DNA of 58,389 nucleotides from Gammaproteobacteria bacterium (GCA_040266255.1 JBDQEV010000001.1:1-58389), one strand, 5' to 3'. Counted from the stretch's first letter, positions 29,181-38,702 are shown. Translations and numbers: made by a program. Notes: a model not told the origin generated them from the letters alone.

Positions 29181-31671
29181 AGCATACTTCAAAAAACAGC
29201 CCTATACTTGGCTTTATGTAATTTGCTTTTTGATTTTTGCACCAGCAGCTGCAAGTGTTGGAAAGTCAGAAGTCATTTTGAATCAAATTTTTGGACAAGT
29301 AGCTGGTTTAGGTAGCTTGACAGATAAAAAATCTGTTATGGGTGATATATTCAGAATTGTGAATGTTTCTATTGCGATTTTTGCAGGAATGGTTGCTTCT
29401 ATAACAGTTTATCAGGGTGTTGTACAAACTGCTGCTCAGGGAGTATTCATGGGCAAAAGGGGGAGTCAATCCAGTTTTTTTACGGTATTTAGAACGCTTT
29501 CAGGGTTAGCATTAGTCATGCCCATTTATAGTGGTTACTCAGTTCTACAGTATGGAGTCATGTCTATTGCGCTTCAAAGTATTACTGTAGCAGATAATAT
29601 TTCAGAGATTATATTGGCAACACCTCAGGCACGAGTAGGTCAGCTGTTTGAAAGAGTATTAGATCTTGATACCATTCAGGCAAATCAGCAAGAATCAGAG
29701 AAAGAGCGAAAAATAACTTCATCAGTTTCAGGTGAAAAGGTAAAAACATATTATGCTATGTTAGCTGATATTGCATATTGTTCAGTAGAAAATAAAAGTA
29801 CAGTTATTCCTAGAGCAGAAATAAACGGTGAGACTCTAGTATTTAATAATGTAGAGTCTTGCGGAAAGGGGTACACCCTACAGATTGAAAACCCTCAATT
29901 AAAAGATGTGATCTCCAAGTTAACTAATTTGACACTCGGTTCTTTATATAATGAAGCACTCATCAATAAAACAAGCAACAATAACCCAAGCACAACAGAT
30001 AAGGAAAAAAAAGCTAAAGAAGAACTGGCAAAAGAAGAACTGGCAAAAGTAGCGGTTAAGATAGCAAAGCGTGATGCACCAGCATTTGTTTTGCCAACGA
30101 CTAAACTTGAAGGAGGTAGCTATACAAAAGATTGGATTCAATTTCCTTGGCATTACACGTCGCTGAGTATGGGATGTCCTCTCCAAGATCCATCTAAAAA
30201 TTATACGGCATGCGTAGACTCATTTACGGATCTGAATAGCGCGATAGCTCCTTCTGATGTTAGCGATGTTAGCCCTTCTCAACCATATATTACAACAAAA
30301 ATGATTGATACGGCACTAAAAGCAGCAGCCCCTAGCGTCAGCGCTAGTCAATCTTCAACGACTGATATATCTAAATTTTCTCAGCACTTCAATCAGCTAT
30401 CATTTAATGATATTGACCCAAAAGGTGGGCAAGTGCTGAGTTCATGGAATAATCCAACTACTTCAGGTGTGTCAATTTTTAAACAAAATACTGCCATTCA
30501 AGCGCCTTTACAGGCTGTTTTGGGTGATACATTAAAAATCTGGTATGATGCATTCTATGTCAATGTATCTGCAATGCTTGCTAACCCACCCCTTGAGTTA
30601 GGAAAGCTATCCATCAGTTTATCATCTCATATGACAATGTTCATGTTTACGATTGCGCGTGATGTGATGTCAGCTCAAATTAAGGCAACACTTGATACAT
30701 ATTGGGTGATGTTTGCACTTAAGATAAGAAGATATGCCGTAGAAGCATGGCTGGCTGCTAACTTAGAATATCAGTGGGATATATTTTATTGCTTGAATCC
30801 TTTTGCACCAAATTCAAGTACGCGTGTTCTTATGTGCCCTCCGACATTAATTCCTTACCCGCCTCCGATGATGATCGGGCCTAATCCAGTGTGGGCAGCT
30901 GCAGTCGCAATAAACATGAGCACTATAGCCATAATGTCAGTCCAATATGCTGTTCCTGTTGCAGTTAATACTGCTATAGAGCAAACAACTCAGCTTCATT
31001 GGTCTCTGATTTCTCAAGCATCACTATCTTCACAGTATCAAGGTATTATTATTGCATCAATATCACCACTAATGGTATTAACTAATGTTTTATCAATCTG
31101 GCTGCCACTACTTCCATCTCTGACATATTATGTAGCGGTAATAGGTTGGGTGCTTGCTGTAGTAGAAGCAATGGTTGCTTTTCCATTAACAGCATTGGGA
31201 ATGAGTTTTCCACAAGGACATGATTTTTTAGGATCAGCTCAACAGTCATTAATTTTACTCCTGAGCTTATTTATTAGGGCGCCTCTAATAGTCATTGGTT
31301 TTTATATTGGAATGCAGTTAATTTCTGCTGGTATGGCAGGCATTTTATTAGCTTTAAATAATATTTTCCAGCCGATGCTTGAGTCACCTTCAGTAGCGTC
31401 TGCTGTAGCGCTGATAGCCACTATGGTTATGGTTATTTATATATCTGCAACGTTAATTACATATTGCTTAAGTGCTGCATATCGGATTCCAAGTATGGTC
31501 ATTAGGTGGGTAGGGGCTCAAGCTGATACAGGATCAGAGCAACAGAGTATTCAACGAATTTACTCCTTGCTAAATCAACAACAGGGCTCTGCTCTATCTT
31601 CAGTTCAACAGTCTGCACAAAGTGCTGAACAAGGTGGTCAAGCGGTTTCGGGGCAAATGCGTGTTCAATAG
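29167..31671 (+). CDS. dotA: DotA/TraY family protein, paralog 3 (divergent)
   Basis: 'ILNQIFG', 'IFRIVN', 'FRTLSGLALVMPIYSGYSVLQ', 'WVLAVVEAMVAFPL..SFPQGHDFLGSAQQ..LFIRAP', 'RIPSMVIRWVG'. Confidence 0.87.
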   Translation: MIIHKAYFKKQPYTWLYVICFLIFAPAAASVGKSEVILNQIFGQVAGLGSLTDKKSVMGDIFRIVNVSIAIFAGMVASITVYQGVVQTAAQGVFMGKRGSQSSFFTVFRTLSGLALVMPIYSGYSVLQYGVMSIALQSITVADNISEIILATPQARVGQLFERVLDLDTIQANQQESEKERKITSSVSGEKVKTYYAMLADIAYCSVENKSTVIPRAEINGETLVFNNVESCGKGYTLQIENPQLKDVISKLTNLTLGSLYNEALINKTSNNNPSTTDKEKKAKEELAKEELAKVAVKIAKRDAPAFVLPTTKLEGGSYTKDWIQFPWHYTSLSMGCPLQDPSKNYTACVDSFTDLNSAIAPSDVSDVSPSQPYITTKMIDTALKAAAPSVSASQSSTTDISKFSQHFNQLSFNDIDPKGGQVLSSWNNPTTSGVSIFKQNTAIQAPLQAVLGDTLKIWYDAFYVNVSAMLANPPLELGKLSISLSSHMTMFMFTIARDVMSAQIKATLDTYWVMFALKIRRYAVEAWLAANLEYQWDIFYCLNPFAPNSSTRVLMCPPTLIPYPPPMMIGPNPVWAAAVAINMSTIAIMSVQYAVPVAVNTAIEQTTQLHWSLISQASLSSQYQGIIIASISPLMVLTNVLSIWLPLLPSLTYYVAVIGWVLAVVEAMVAFPLTALGMSFPQGHDFLGSAQQSLILLLSLFIRAPLIVIGFYIGMQLISAGMAGILLALNNIFQPMLESPSVASAVALIATMVMVIYISATLITYCLSAAYRIPSMVIRWVGAQADTGSEQQSIQRIYSLLNQQQGSALSSVQQSAQSAEQGGQAVSGQMRVQ
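30016..30049 (+). repeat. Perfect 15-bp direct repeat (AAAGAAGAACTGGCA x2 + AAAG) encoding KEELA-KEELA-K in dotA paralog 3
   Basis: Read directly at 30016-30030 and 30031-30045. Confidence 0.9.
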
Positions 31672-34408
31672 ATTATTAAAGATTTTTATATTGATGCTTA
31701 TTTCTGTTTGCTATGCAGCAGGAGATGAAGCAGGTGGATTAAATCAAGCGGCAGCTGTTTTATTGATGGATAACTACCAGTATTTTAATGTAACAGGTTT
31801 TATTTCAAGTCTGATACGGATCTATAATATTGGTATTATTTCAGTACTCACTATTGCAGCAATTGGTTCACTATCATATTTAGGTGCTCTGGCAGCTTCT
31901 GAAGGTAAGGGAATTGGTCGAAAAATAAGTACTTGGGTTGCAATAAGAACATTGGTTGGCTTTACACTATTAGTACCTTTAGGGCCATCTTCAATGAGTG
32001 GTGCACAGCATGTTGTCATTGCAATTGTGAACTCCAGTATAGAAGCAACTGAGTTTATGGCAACGCAACTTGCAGGTAGTCCCAAAACTCTATCACCCAT
32101 AACAGATCATGTGCCAGAGGAGGTAAAACCGGATGAGATAGCAAATGTTTATGTAAGCGTGGTACAGATGGCACTGTGTAATATGATTCAGAATAAAGCT
32201 GATCCTTATATGGTAAAGTATGATTCAGACAACAAAGCTTTTTACTTTTCTCCAGCAAGTACGGATGTTAAGAAATGCGGCCACATTAAAAGTAAAGAAT
32301 CATTTGCCTCAAAAGGTGTGCTAGAAAATATATATGAGGATGTTCTCAGTTGGTATAAAGTTGCTAATAGCGCGATAGAGCTTCAAAAAGCAAAGGATAA
32401 AGCAGAGGCAGCAGAAAAGGCAGGAGTAGCTGTCAGTCCTAAAAAGCTCTTAGAAGTGACCAAAAGTGTCACTACAGTTTGTGCTGATGAGAAAGCAAAA
32501 TCATGTAAGCCATTGAATGAAGTGTTTAAGATAAAGAATGCAATTGCTTTAGTAGAGCACTTTAGTACAGATGCACCTGTTCAACCTGCTACAGATAATA
32601 CAGAATATGGTTGGATAGAGAAAATTCTAGATAGGGATCACTTAATGGCATCTCTACTGTCAAGTGAAAAAGTTGAGTTTGATAGCAATATTGTGAGTGT
32701 GCCAAGCTTAGAACGGGACATAGATTTTTCGATTGATAATATTAATGCTAATAGTATCAGTGGCTTAACTGCCTTAATTAGTAAAAAAATCCCTGAGGTA
32801 AAAGGCACACTGTTGACGAGTCAATCTCTTACTTCTCCTAAGTTTGACGGATTAATGCAATCCAATTGGCTTTATGAAGATGAAAAAACACAGATTGACC
32901 CGGCTAATGTATCGATTGATGTGAATTTACTGCCAAAGGCAATTAATGTTTTAGCAAAGGGTGTTATTCAAGACTTAAAACGTTTAATTGAGAGTAAAAA
33001 TCCTGTAATGGCTACATCTAAAGTAGGGTTAAATATTATTCAAAAGGTAGAAACTTATTGGAATGTTTCAACAAAAGACCTAGCAGAACAGAACTCTCAG
33101 TTGGGTAAGGTGCAATATGCAATGCAACAGGCATCGCAGGCGGCGGCTTATGGCGCATATGCTGCAGCTAAATTTGGATTAAAACCAGGTGGTGCTTGGC
33201 ATACTCCTGCATATATAGCGATAGCAGTCTTTGATAATCTCTTTACGATGCTAAATATTCTAGTAGATATTGATTATGCTAACCTATTTAAGTGGGAGCC
33301 ACTTGGTGCTGCATTGAGTACATTGTTTTTCATTTGGGGTGCTTTTTATGGTGTGTTACTGCCTGTCGTTCCATCACTAATTGTGATCTTTGCATTAATT
33401 GGTTGGTTATTGCTAATTGTTGAAGCAATATTAGCTTCTCCATTAATTGCATTAGGATTAGCGCATCCTAGCGGTCAGCAATTTTTTGGAGCATCAGAAC
33501 AGTCATCAATGCTACTGTTGATGTTGTTCTTACGACCAATGCTTATATTTGTAGGTGTTATTGTCTCTATTGCCATCTCTCATTGCGGTCTCACGATGTT
33601 AAACTATGCAATAGAGGTTTTCATTCTAGATCTTATTACAGGGACTAGTTGGTGGATTGATGGTGTGATGCTTTTGATGCTGATGGTAATCTATGGTTAT
33701 ATAGCATTTTTAGTTTTGGTACAAAGCTATACTGTTATTGGTATGTTGCCGGATAAAGTCAGTGCATGGATTGGCTCAGGGCCTCTCGGTGGGGATAGTC
33801 CTCTGCAACAAATATTAGCAGTTAGAGCAGGCGTAGAATCAGCAGCACAAAAAGCAGCTCAAGGTGCTGGCGCTTCAGTATCAGATAAAGGTTCTGCAAA
33901 TATGCAGATGAATGTAGCCGAATTAGCTGAATTAGATGATAAACGTACAGAAGACAAAGATCTCATAAAGGATCTAGAGGATAGCAAAGAAGATTTTCAT
34001 ACTCAATTAACTGATAAAGCAATAGATGATCTTGGTCTTAAAGATCTTGAAAAAAGTGGTAAAGTTCCAGACAGAATAAAGGTGTTGACAAAACAAGATA
34101 TCGAAGAGGCTCGTGCAAATGGTACGTTGAAACTAAGCCAAAGTAAGATTGATGATATGTTTAAAGGAAAAGATAAGTTATACTTTGTGAAAGAAACGGG
34201 CTTTAAGAGCTTGGCGGAGACTCAAGAAGACTATAGAAATCAATATGCTCATAGTACGCAAGTCATTACGAGTGCTCCAGCTTCAATAGGGATTTTTGCA
34301 GAACATTTTTACAATAAGCATATGAAACAACTTGCAGTTAGTAGAGTTAATCGTGCAAAGCAGAAATATCAGTTTAACTTGAGTGACTATCTTAAAGATG
34401 TTGAATAA
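31661..34408 (+). CDS. dotA: DotA/TraY family protein, paralog 4, with long C-terminal extension (probable GTG start 31661; the ORF extends to 31622)
   Basis: Signal peptide; 'IRIYNIG', 'WVAIRTLVGFTLLVP', 'WLLLIVEAILASPL..LAHPSGQQFFGASEQ..LFLRP', 'LPDKVSAWIG'. Confidence 0.87.
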   Translation: MFNRLLKIFILMLISVCYAAGDEAGGLNQAAAVLLMDNYQYFNVTGFISSLIRIYNIGIISVLTIAAIGSLSYLGALAASEGKGIGRKISTWVAIRTLVGFTLLVPLGPSSMSGAQHVVIAIVNSSIEATEFMATQLAGSPKTLSPITDHVPEEVKPDEIANVYVSVVQMALCNMIQNKADPYMVKYDSDNKAFYFSPASTDVKKCGHIKSKESFASKGVLENIYEDVLSWYKVANSAIELQKAKDKAEAAEKAGVAVSPKKLLEVTKSVTTVCADEKAKSCKPLNEVFKIKNAIALVEHFSTDAPVQPATDNTEYGWIEKILDRDHLMASLLSSEKVEFDSNIVSVPSLERDIDFSIDNINANSISGLTALISKKIPEVKGTLLTSQSLTSPKFDGLMQSNWLYEDEKTQIDPANVSIDVNLLPKAINVLAKGVIQDLKRLIESKNPVMATSKVGLNIIQKVETYWNVSTKDLAEQNSQLGKVQYAMQQASQAAAYGAYAAAKFGLKPGGAWHTPAYIAIAVFDNLFTMLNILVDIDYANLFKWEPLGAALSTLFFIWGAFYGVLLPVVPSLIVIFALIGWLLLIVEAILASPLIALGLAHPSGQQFFGASEQSSMLLLMLFLRPMLIFVGVIVSIAISHCGLTMLNYAIEVFILDLITGTSWWIDGVMLLMLMVIYGYIAFLVLVQSYTVIGMLPDKVSAWIGSGPLGGDSPLQQILAVRAGVESAAQKAAQGAGASVSDKGSANMQMNVAELAELDDKRTEDKDLIKDLEDSKEDFHTQLTDKAIDDLGLKDLEKSGKVPDRIKVLTKQDIEEARANGTLKLSQSKIDDMFKGKDKLYFVKETGFKSLAETQEDYRNQYAHSTQVITSAPASIGIFAEHFYNKHMKQLAVSRVNRAKQKYQFNLSDYLKDVE

Positions 34409-34417
34409 AGCTGACAG

Positions 34418-35575
34418 TTATTTGATTTTAATATCTAAGTCTTTTGATTTCTCATGTCTCTCTAAGCTAGAGAATACTTCTTTTGAGATCTTTTTTTGCT
34501 TATAAAGCTTACTGGCTACATCAAGCATTGTCTGCTTTTTGCTTTTTAGGATTTTACGTATTGATTTAGTAATGTTGGTTAGGTCTGACTCAAGGAGTGA
34601 CTCTCTAACAGCTTCATCAAATACTAAAAATTCTCTTAGTGCAATTTGTTTACCATCAGTAGATGGAACCAGTTGTTGCCATACAATTAGTCGCGTGGTT
34701 TCTATGATATCAACTGTTTTGCCTATTCTTTCACTTCTAGGGAAGCTACCAACTAGTCTTCTCACTGTTTCAGCTACACCGTTGCTGTGCACAGTGGTAT
34801 AAACAGGGTGACCAGTTAGTGCTGCATCAATCACTGCATTAATTGTTTCATAGTCTCTTGATTCACCAACAAGAATAAGTCGTGGCTTACGACGAAGTGC
34901 ATTTCTAACACCTGCTGCAAAGCTTGGAAGATGTTTTGGAATCTCAGTTTGCGAGATAACTGAACTAGGTTTTTCAATATTATCATAAACGAACTCAATA
35001 GGTGATTCGTAGGTTAGAATTTTTCGATGTGCTTCTGGTTGTTCTGCAATTTCTCTTATGATACCAGCAAGTAAAGTTGATTTACCTGATCCTGTAACAC
35101 CTGTGACATAAATTACACCGTCATTAGGACTCATCCCCGCAATAATTTCTTTTTCTAAATCTAACTCTTCAATTGAGGGTGGGTCAGTAGGGATGGTTCT
35201 GAGGGTGATTTGAATCCCCTCATGCCCATCAACAAGGCATGCAGTAGCATTCACCCTAAAGCGTAGTCTTTCTGCTCTAGAAGGCTTAAATTCATAATTG
35301 GTATCAATGTCTTCACCGCTTAATAGACGGGTAGTACCATTGGCACCATAAATGCCATTTAGAATATCTCCAACTTCAGGTGTTGTGAGCTGTTTTTTTG
35401 TAATAGGGTTTAGTTTGCCATACTCTTCAATATAGATAAACTCACCTGATTGAATCGTAATATCTGAGACTTTGAATTCGGCACAATGCTCTAGAATGAT
35501 ATTGAGGTCCATTTCTGCAAATCGACCAGGCTCATTCTTCATTAAATATTTGTTATCTTTTGTATCTTCGCTCAC
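34418..35575 (-). CDS. dotB: Dot/Icm PilT-like ATPase DotB
   Basis: 'SDITIQSG', 'RFRVNATAC', 'GIQITLRTIP', Walker A 'GVTGSGKSTLLA', 'TYESPIEFVYD', 'RNALRRKP..ILVGESRD'. Confidence 0.96.
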   Translation of the reverse strand: MSEDTKDNKYLMKNEPGRFAEMDLNIILEHCAEFKVSDITIQSGEFIYIEEYGKLNPITKKQLTTPEVGDILNGIYGANGTTRLLSGEDIDTNYEFKPSRAERLRFRVNATACLVDGHEGIQITLRTIPTDPPSIEELDLEKEIIAGMSPNDGVIYVTGVTGSGKSTLLAGIIREIAEQPEAHRKILTYESPIEFVYDNIEKPSSVISQTEIPKHLPSFAAGVRNALRRKPRLILVGESRDYETINAVIDAALTGHPVYTTVHSNGVAETVRRLVGSFPRSERIGKTVDIIETTRLIVWQQLVPSTDGKQIALREFLVFDEAVRESLLESDLTNITKSIRKILKSKKQTMLDVASKLYKQKKISKEVFSSLERHEKSKDLDIKIK

Positions 35576-35628
35576 ATTAACTCCAATGTTTCTAATTCTT
35601 TAATGTTATAGTACAAGAATAAATAAAA

Positions 35629-36381
35629 TCAGGAAGATTCGTTAATAATGATTGGATGCCACTGATTGGTAAGAGGGTTTAGGACAGATGGACGCGTGAT
35701 CTTAATGATTTTATCGTTTAGACGTAGCGCACTTGAGTCACCTGTTATGCCAAGATCCATGACCTCAGCATAAGGTGCTGATATCATATTCTGTAAGTGC
35801 AGTTCCTGGAAGAGGACCATCCCCTGAAAGTCTCTATTCAACCTCGAAAGCGCATCTTGGAATATTGCAGAGGCTTGCTCGACACCTTTATCCCAACCTT
35901 GTCTAGATGCTTTTTGCCAGATTTCTGATTCTTCAGGGTCTTGTGGCAAAATTGCTTCTGGTGGTTCATCTGGCTCCACATAAGCCAAGTAAATATAGTC
36001 TCTCCATGATGGTGCGACTGATACAAAGCGAGCAGCAGCCATCATATTAATTTCTTGATCAGATACCCTTACTAAGTCAGACTGTTGTATGGTATATGAC
36101 TTACCATATGATGTTACTACAGGAGGAAGGATATTGTGTGGCAACAATAATGCATTGAAGTTATAGACTTGATCAAGTTTTTGACTTTGTTGGTCTAAGT
36201 ACGCCGCTATACTTTGGGACTTCCAGTGTAGTCCTGATTGTGCGCCATAAGATAGTGCAATTTCTTGCATGGCTTTTTTACGGCCAGACTCACCATCTTC
36301 TCCTCTTAATTGGCAACCAGATAAAAGCCCAAGCGCTGCACTTACGATAACCAATGGTCTAAAAAGCTGTTTCATTAACAT
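35629..36381 (-). CDS. dotC: Dot/Icm outer-membrane lipoprotein DotC
   Basis: Lipobox 'LLSGC', 'ALSYGAQSGL', 'YNFNALLL..ILPPV', 'ARFVSVAPSWRDY', 'RLNRDFQGM', 'MISAPY'. Confidence 0.93.
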   Translation of the reverse strand: MLMKQLFRPLVIVSAALGLLSGCQLRGEDGESGRKKAMQEIALSYGAQSGLHWKSQSIAAYLDQQSQKLDQVYNFNALLLPHNILPPVVTSYGKSYTIQQSDLVRVSDQEINMMAAARFVSVAPSWRDYIYLAYVEPDEPPEAILPQDPEESEIWQKASRQGWDKGVEQASAIFQDALSRLNRDFQGMVLFQELHLQNMISAPYAEVMDLGITGDSSALRLNDKIIKITRPSVLNPLTNQWHPIIINESS

Positions 36382-36389
36382 GCTTGTTC

Positions 36390-36899
36390 TCAGTTCAGAT
36401 AAATGATTTCAATAACTTTTCTATCGGTATTGAATGATACTTTTGCATGATTTCTGACTTGATATGCAATATTCTGGATAATCTCTGCTAAGGGGGTAGC
36501 CTCGGCTTTGATTGATACAATAATTGAAGTTGCAGTCGGGTTTCCGATTAAATTGACATCAACATCAGCTGTTCTGGCAATCTGTTCAATCAAAGGTTCA
36601 CACGGTCCAGTATATTCTACTGAAGCAAGTCCTGATAACTCCATGGCAAAATCTTGCCTAAAGCTGTTATCAATAGCTGGTTGTGCTGATGCTTGGAGTT
36701 GAGCTAGTTTTTGTAAAGATGCTGCAGCAGCTCTAGCTGCTTCAGATAATGCAAGCTCAGTATCCTTTGTATCTTTGGGTGCATCAGGCAAAAGATTTTT
36801 AACTACAGACGCAGACGGTCCATAATCATCTGATAATTCTCCACATCCTGCTAGGGAAGCAAGTATTATAAGTGAAATAACCTGTTTTTTCATGGCCAT
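36390..36899 (-). CDS. dotD: Dot/Icm lipoprotein DotD (start uncertain: 36905, 36899 or 36893)
   Basis: Lipobox 'LAGC', 'LSEAA..SL..LA', 'ASVEYTGPCEPL', 'IIQNIAYQ', 'KVIEIIY'; dotD-dotC-dotB order. Confidence 0.9.
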   Translation of the reverse strand: MAMKKQVISLIILASLAGCGELSDDYGPSASVVKNLLPDAPKDTKDTELALSEAARAAAASLQKLAQLQASAQPAIDNSFRQDFAMELSGLASVEYTGPCEPLIEQIARTADVDVNLIGNPTATSIIVSIKAEATPLAEIIQNIAYQVRNHAKVSFNTDRKVIEIIYLN

Positions 36900-37005
36900 A
36901 TCCAAAGCAATTACTACTTATTATTGAATGATGTTCTTGTTCCAAAGTCAAGTCTCTAGAGGTAATTAGCAAGCAATCACCAACTATATATTGATTATTC
37001 AATTA

Positions 37006-38382
37006 TTAACAGTTCTCAGAAACTTTTTCTAGTAAGCGTTGAGCGACTGGATGCAGTTTTGGATCTTCAGCAGCTTTTTGTAGGTGCTGAATAGAGAGCT
37101 TAGGATGATCATTCAGATAATGTATGCCATATTCAAGCATCAGTGCGGGATGTTCTGGGTATATTTCTCTGAATGCATTTAAATGTTTTAGGCTTTTGTC
37201 TTTTTCAGTAGTGGTTCTATAGATTCTTGCAGTATGTAGATGTGCAAAATCAAGTTGTTTTGTAAAAGCATTGGATAAACAGCGATTGATACACGCATCT
37301 AGAGATGGAGAAGCAACAAGATGAGGTGATTGACTGAGAAGCTCCAAACAAAAGCGATCATGGTGTAAAATTCTACAAATTGCAAGTGCGTGATCATTGC
37401 TTTCTAAAGGCGTGTTTTTGATGCTTTGAATCAACGAGGAAGTCTCTGGACAGAGTAAATCGTGATCATCTATTTCATTTTTACTAATGACACAAGATTT
37501 AATCGGAGATGTTTGATGTCCGTATCGCGCAATATTTAAGTCAGTTGGTAATGCTGAGAGTAATAAATGAAAGTTGAGGCGGCTAGAAAAGCAACCTTCT
37601 AGGTCTATTGAGAAGTCGCCATCATCAGCAATGTCATCTAATGTTAAAGCGCCTTTATCGTTGATAATTGCAATTTGGCAATGGCTGTCTTCAAAAATAG
37701 CGTTGAGCAGTTCAATGCCTTTGGTGGGGATGGTGTAATGTTTTTTATCGATTTGATACTTTAGGTTTGGCTGTTGGCCGCTACAGTGAAACTGCATATC
37801 TAATTGCCTTAGGTTGCCATTAAAAGCGCCGTTTTGGAGGTGTTTTTCATTGGTATATAAGCGGAGATTTTGCATATAGTTGTGTGATACTGCCTGTAAT
37901 GGCAAAGAGTCAATGAGATAATTGAAGATATAGGCATGTGGTTGGTATTGTTGCTTTACTTGTGTCGTATCTTGCTCAATATCACCGCTGAGTAAGTGAG
38001 GGATGACCAGTCCTTGATCGATCAATACTGATAACTGTGGATGGTTGCGCCAATATGAGAGTGTTCTCTCACTGATATCAGCAAGAATCAGCTTAAATTT
38101 TCTATTGGGTCTCAGTGCTTGTAATTCAGTAGCTAAGAAGAATCCATGTTGGCCAATGCCTGCTCCATAGTCAACAATGCAGATGTTGTCCTGAGAGCTT
38201 GTCTGGCTTAGGATGCGCTTAGCGTGGGCGTGAGCAATAGACCGTAAATTAGTAATGGTGAATGGTACCTGGTCATTCCATGCGTCAGGACCTTGTTGAA
38301 TGTAAAAATTTTTGACGATATGCCAAAGTATGGATTGTTCAACAAGGTTGTCATCAAGTTTTTTTTTCCTGAATGGGTACAT
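37006..38382 (-). CDS. Class I SAM-dependent methyltransferase (MidA/NDUFAF7-like) with a helical, TPR-like C-terminus
   Basis: Motif I 'IVDYGAGIGQHG', 'ILADISE', 'IFNYLIDSLP', 'INDKG'; C-terminal 'TARIYR..KSLKHL..YPEHP..YGIHY..SIQHLQKA'. Confidence 0.7.
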   Translation of the reverse strand: MYPFRKKKLDDNLVEQSILWHIVKNFYIQQGPDAWNDQVPFTITNLRSIAHAHAKRILSQTSSQDNICIVDYGAGIGQHGFFLATELQALRPNRKFKLILADISERTLSYWRNHPQLSVLIDQGLVIPHLLSGDIEQDTTQVKQQYQPHAYIFNYLIDSLPLQAVSHNYMQNLRLYTNEKHLQNGAFNGNLRQLDMQFHCSGQQPNLKYQIDKKHYTIPTKGIELLNAIFEDSHCQIAIINDKGALTLDDIADDGDFSIDLEGCFSSRLNFHLLLSALPTDLNIARYGHQTSPIKSCVISKNEIDDHDLLCPETSSLIQSIKNTPLESNDHALAICRILHHDRFCLELLSQSPHLVASPSLDACINRCLSNAFTKQLDFAHLHTARIYRTTTEKDKSLKHLNAFREIYPEHPALMLEYGIHYLNDHPKLSIQHLQKAAEDPKLHPVAQRLLEKVSENC

Positions 38383-38447
38383 GAGAAGATTGATTGCTAG
38401 GGTGTCACTATGTTAACATGCAAAAGAGTATATATGTAGGACTATTT

Positions 38448-38699
38448 GTGGCAGATGGTATAGGAAGCTGGAGAGACTCAGGTAGAGAGGCTAAGTTTTG
38501 GATATTCAATTCTACAGCAAGCCTTCCTGTGCTGTTGTTTCTTGTTAATATATCTTGGAATACATTTGGGATAGTGGTTTTAACTATTGCGGCTCTGACT
38601 ATCTTAGATTATTATGGCATGAAGCCAAAAGTTTTTGTTCGATTTATGCGTAGCTCTTTGGCTGGAAGAGTGAAGCGTCCTAGGCCATGGTGGTTATAA
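38448..38699 (+). CDS. icmT: Dot/Icm protein IcmT/TraK (probable GTG start 38448 after AGGA)
   Basis: 'WRDSGREAKFWIF..ASLPVLLFL..WNTF..LDYYG..FVRFMRS.LAG..RPWW'. Confidence 0.93.
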   Translation: MADGIGSWRDSGREAKFWIFNSTASLPVLLFLVNISWNTFGIVVLTIAALTILDYYGMKPKVFVRFMRSSLAGRVKRPRPWWL

Positions 38700-38702
38700 A
38701 AT

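Noticed and set aside
29167-34408. dotA3 and dotA4 as decaying pseudogenes
   Set aside because: Both are uninterrupted ORFs of over 830 codons that keep both conserved TM blocks and overlap their upstream neighbours.
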